Assembly (NCBI GenBank): GCA_007693605.1 | Contig: REDG01000040.1 | Location: 1-57,685, forward strand | DNA length: 57,685 nt | Direction: 5' to 3' | From: Bradymonadales bacterium | GTDB taxonomy: Bacteria; Bdellovibrionota; UBA2394 | Shown: positions 55,577-57,685 of the stretch, piece after piece | Layout: the number at the start of each line of letters is the position of its first letter | How positions within the stretch are numbered: position 1 is the stretch's first letter | Notes under the pieces: generated by a model | Told to the model about the DNA's origin: nothing | Database searches by the model: none | What the model saw: the letters and a program-made list of their open reading frames with translations, nothing else | Translations under genes and position numbers: made by a program

Positions 55577-57066
55577 CGCAGCTCGCCCATTTCTGTTTGT
55601 TGCCACGATGACAGTGTTTCGTCTCGAAGTTGAGCCCCTCTTTCCAGAAAGTCCTTGAGGCAGATCGCAGCGATGGCATCGTCTGAGAGTGCTTTGCTCT
55701 TTCTCCAGCCTGGGGACTCCAAAAATTCGGTATTCACCTTGGCCTGAACAAAAGCCTCTGACTCAAGAATTGCGAGAAGGAAGGCTCGATTCGTGACGCA
55801 GCCCTGGAGTTTGGTCTGTTGCAAGGCAAGACGGGCTCTTGCAATAGCCTGACTGCGATTGACCCCCCAAACACTGAGCTTTGCAATCATGGGGTCATAA
55901 AAGGACGAGACCTCCCCCGCGCTCATGAGGGCGGCGTCCACTCGAAGTCCGTTCCAATGGGGAAACTCAATGCGTCTCAGAAAGCCGGGCTGTGGAATGA
56001 AATCCTGTTCGGCGTCTTCTGCATAGAGTCGAAGCTCAATGCTGTGGCCCTTTGGAACGATGTCGGACTGCTGAACAGACAAGGGCTCTCCGCTCGCTAC
56101 GCGAAGCTGCTCTCGTACTAAATCCACCTGACTGATCCATTCAGTCACAGGGTGTTCCACCTGAATTCTCGTATTCATTTCCAAGAAATAAAAATCTTCT
56201 TCGGGGGAGACAATGAACTCAAAGGTTCCCGCGCTCTGATAGCCCATGGCTTCGGTGGCTTTTCGAGAGAGTTCAGTCATTTTGGCTCGGGCTTCAGAAG
56301 AAATTGAGGGACTCAGCGCTTCTTCCATTACCTTTTGGTGCCTTCGTTGAAGTGAACACTCTCTCTCGAAAAAGTGTAGAGCATGGGTGCCGTCTCCAAA
56401 GACCTGGACTTCAATATGTCTTGGCTTTTGAATCAATCTTTCCACAAAAAGAGTCGGATTATTGAAGGCCTTGGAGCTTTCTGATTGAGCGCGTTCGAGA
56501 GCCGATTTGAGTTCCTCCCTTTTCTGAACTCGACGCATTCCTTTGCCTCCGCCCCCTCCGGCCGCTTTCACTAAGAGGGGAAACCTGAAGTCCGAGCGAT
56601 TCTGGAGGAGCTGCTCAACCTCTTCGAGCCCCTTTTTGATGTCCGTGATGGCGCCGGTTCCTGGGACTGTTGGAAGACCCAGTTTGGCGACCGTTTCTCG
56701 GGCTAGAACTTTATCTCCCATCTGTCGAATGTGCTGAGACTTTGGGCCCACAAACACGAGGCCCGCCCTCTCTACGGCGCTGGCAAACTCCTCTCGTTCG
56801 GAGAGAAAACCGTAACCAGGATGAATGGCGTCGGCCTGAGAATCCTTAGCCGCCTGAAGAATTCTCTCTATATTCAGATAACTCTGTGTGCTTTCGGCAG
56901 GTCCGATGCAAAGCCCTTCATCGGCCTCACGACGATGAGCCGAGTTCTCATCGGCCTCAGAATAGACCGCAACGCTTTTGATTCCCAACTCTTTGGCGGC
57001 TCGAATCACTCGGATCGCAATCTCGCCTCGGTTGGCAATCAGAAGTTTTTGCAGCTTCAACTTCAT
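55573..57066 (-). CDS. Biotin carboxylase subunit (acetyl/propionyl/methylcrotonyl-CoA carboxylase alpha)
   Basis: LIANRGEIA, HPGYGFLSE, GGGGKGMR, ERECSLQRRHQK, EMNTRIQVEHPVTE and YDPMIAK motifs. Confidence 0.96.
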   Translation of the reverse strand: MKLKLQKLLIANRGEIAIRVIRAAKELGIKSVAVYSEADENSAHRREADEGLCIGPAESTQSYLNIERILQAAKDSQADAIHPGYGFLSEREEFASAVERAGLVFVGPKSQHIRQMGDKVLARETVAKLGLPTVPGTGAITDIKKGLEEVEQLLQNRSDFRFPLLVKAAGGGGGKGMRRVQKREELKSALERAQSESSKAFNNPTLFVERLIQKPRHIEVQVFGDGTHALHFFERECSLQRRHQKVMEEALSPSISSEARAKMTELSRKATEAMGYQSAGTFEFIVSPEEDFYFLEMNTRIQVEHPVTEWISQVDLVREQLRVASGEPLSVQQSDIVPKGHSIELRLYAEDAEQDFIPQPGFLRRIEFPHWNGLRVDAALMSAGEVSSFYDPMIAKLSVWGVNRSQAIARARLALQQTKLQGCVTNRAFLLAILESEAFVQAKVNTEFLESPGWRKSKALSDDAIAAICLKDFLERGAQLRDETLSSWQQTEMGELR

Positions 57067-57685
57067 GAATTCGAAACTCCCAAAGACTCGAAAAAGGCCT
57101 GATTCGAGAGGGGGCGCTGCAAGAAAGCGACCAAAGATTCTTCCTCATCTCGAGAAGAGCCCTTTTCATAGATCTCTTCTCTCAGCCGCTGGCCGAGTTT
57201 GGCATTGAGAACCCCATCCTCTTTAAAGCGAGAGAATATATCAGCCGCCATCACATCGGCCCAGGCGTAGCCGTAGTAGCCGGCATCATAACCCATCAGA
57301 TGAGCAAATCCGGCAAGAAAGCGGCTGTCTTCAGGTATGGGAAAAAAAAGTTTCTTCGAAATGGAGCGGTAGATTTTCTCTGGATCGTCTGCCACAGCAG
57401 TTCCGTGAAGTTCAAGATCTGTTAGCGCAAAACTGATTTGTCGACGAGTGTGAAGGGCCATTCCAAAGAGTTTGGAGGCTCTCATCTTCTCGATCATCGT
57501 CTTGGGCAGTGCTTCGCCCGTCTGAAAGTGTGAACTCAGTTTTACAAGACTTATCTCTTCCCAAACCCAGTTCTCCATCACCTGAGAAGGAGCTTCAACA
57601 AAATCTCTGGTCACATGGGTGCCCGCGAGCTGAAAGAAAGAGGCCCGAGTAGGACGCCATGCAAAAGAATCCCAAACAAGTGTAA
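57063..57685 (-). CDS. M3-family oligopeptidase, 3' part only (5' end beyond the window)
   Basis: RDFVEAPSQ.MENW, FAHLMGYDAGYYGY.WA and FL.R motifs. Confidence 0.9.
   Translation of the reverse strand, partial: TLVWDSFAWRPTRASFFQLAGTHVTRDFVEAPSQVMENWVWEEISLVKLSSHFQTGEALPKTMIEKMRASKLFGMALHTRRQISFALTDLELHGTAVADDPEKIYRSISKKLFFPIPEDSRFLAGFAHLMGYDAGYYGYAWADVMAADIFSRFKEDGVLNAKLGQRLREEIYEKGSSRDEEESLVAFLQRPLSNQAFFESLGVSNS

Noticed and set aside
57640..57685. Frameshift and corrupted HExxH (reads HLFGILLHGV in a shifted frame) suggesting an M3 peptidase pseudogene
   Set aside because: It lies in the last ~45 bases of the window and is more likely low-quality end sequence; read inspection is needed.
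1..57685. Apparent abundance of TCGA words
   Set aside because: An impression only, not counted; CGA/GAN codon usage may explain it. A Markov-normalised tetranucleotide count is needed.

Overview
A bacterial chromosomal segment, mostly housekeeping genes, probably from a Bdellovibrionota or deltaproteobacterium-like organism. That assignment is inferred from gene content (FHA-GGDEF cyclase, HEAT plus HD-GYP pair, PilZ protein, ArsA-like pair, xerD-scpA-scpB) and was not checked by any search. Core blocks: queA-tgt-yajC-secD-secF-recJ; a dcw cluster (rsmH-ftsL-ftsI-murE-mraY-murD-ftsW-murG-[insert]-murC-ftsQ-ftsA-ftsZ) with no mraZ, murF, murB or ddl; nusA-infB-rbfA-truB-rpsO-pnp-xerD-scpA-scpB with no rimP; a biotin carboxylase and carrier pair; a partial M3 peptidase. 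The least explained signals are non-coding. (1) A 17-bp palindrome, ACTTCCG-CAG-CGGAAGT, occurs five times: twice upstream of and once inside a stand-alone HNH nuclease gene, and once in each of two direct repeats that bracket a GLUG/Ig lipoprotein gene lying between murG and murC. This is a candidate HNH-associated REP-like or cassette system. (2) A ~128-bp MITE-like imperfect palindrome has four copies or fragments with covarying arms. (3) Four sigma54-type promoters all precede exported proteins, three with almost no 5' UTR, and several sigma70 promoters also look leaderless. No CRISPR array, rRNA, tRNA or transposase was recognised. Several CDS starts were moved from the ORF track on the basis of stop/start overlaps, RBS and motif position.
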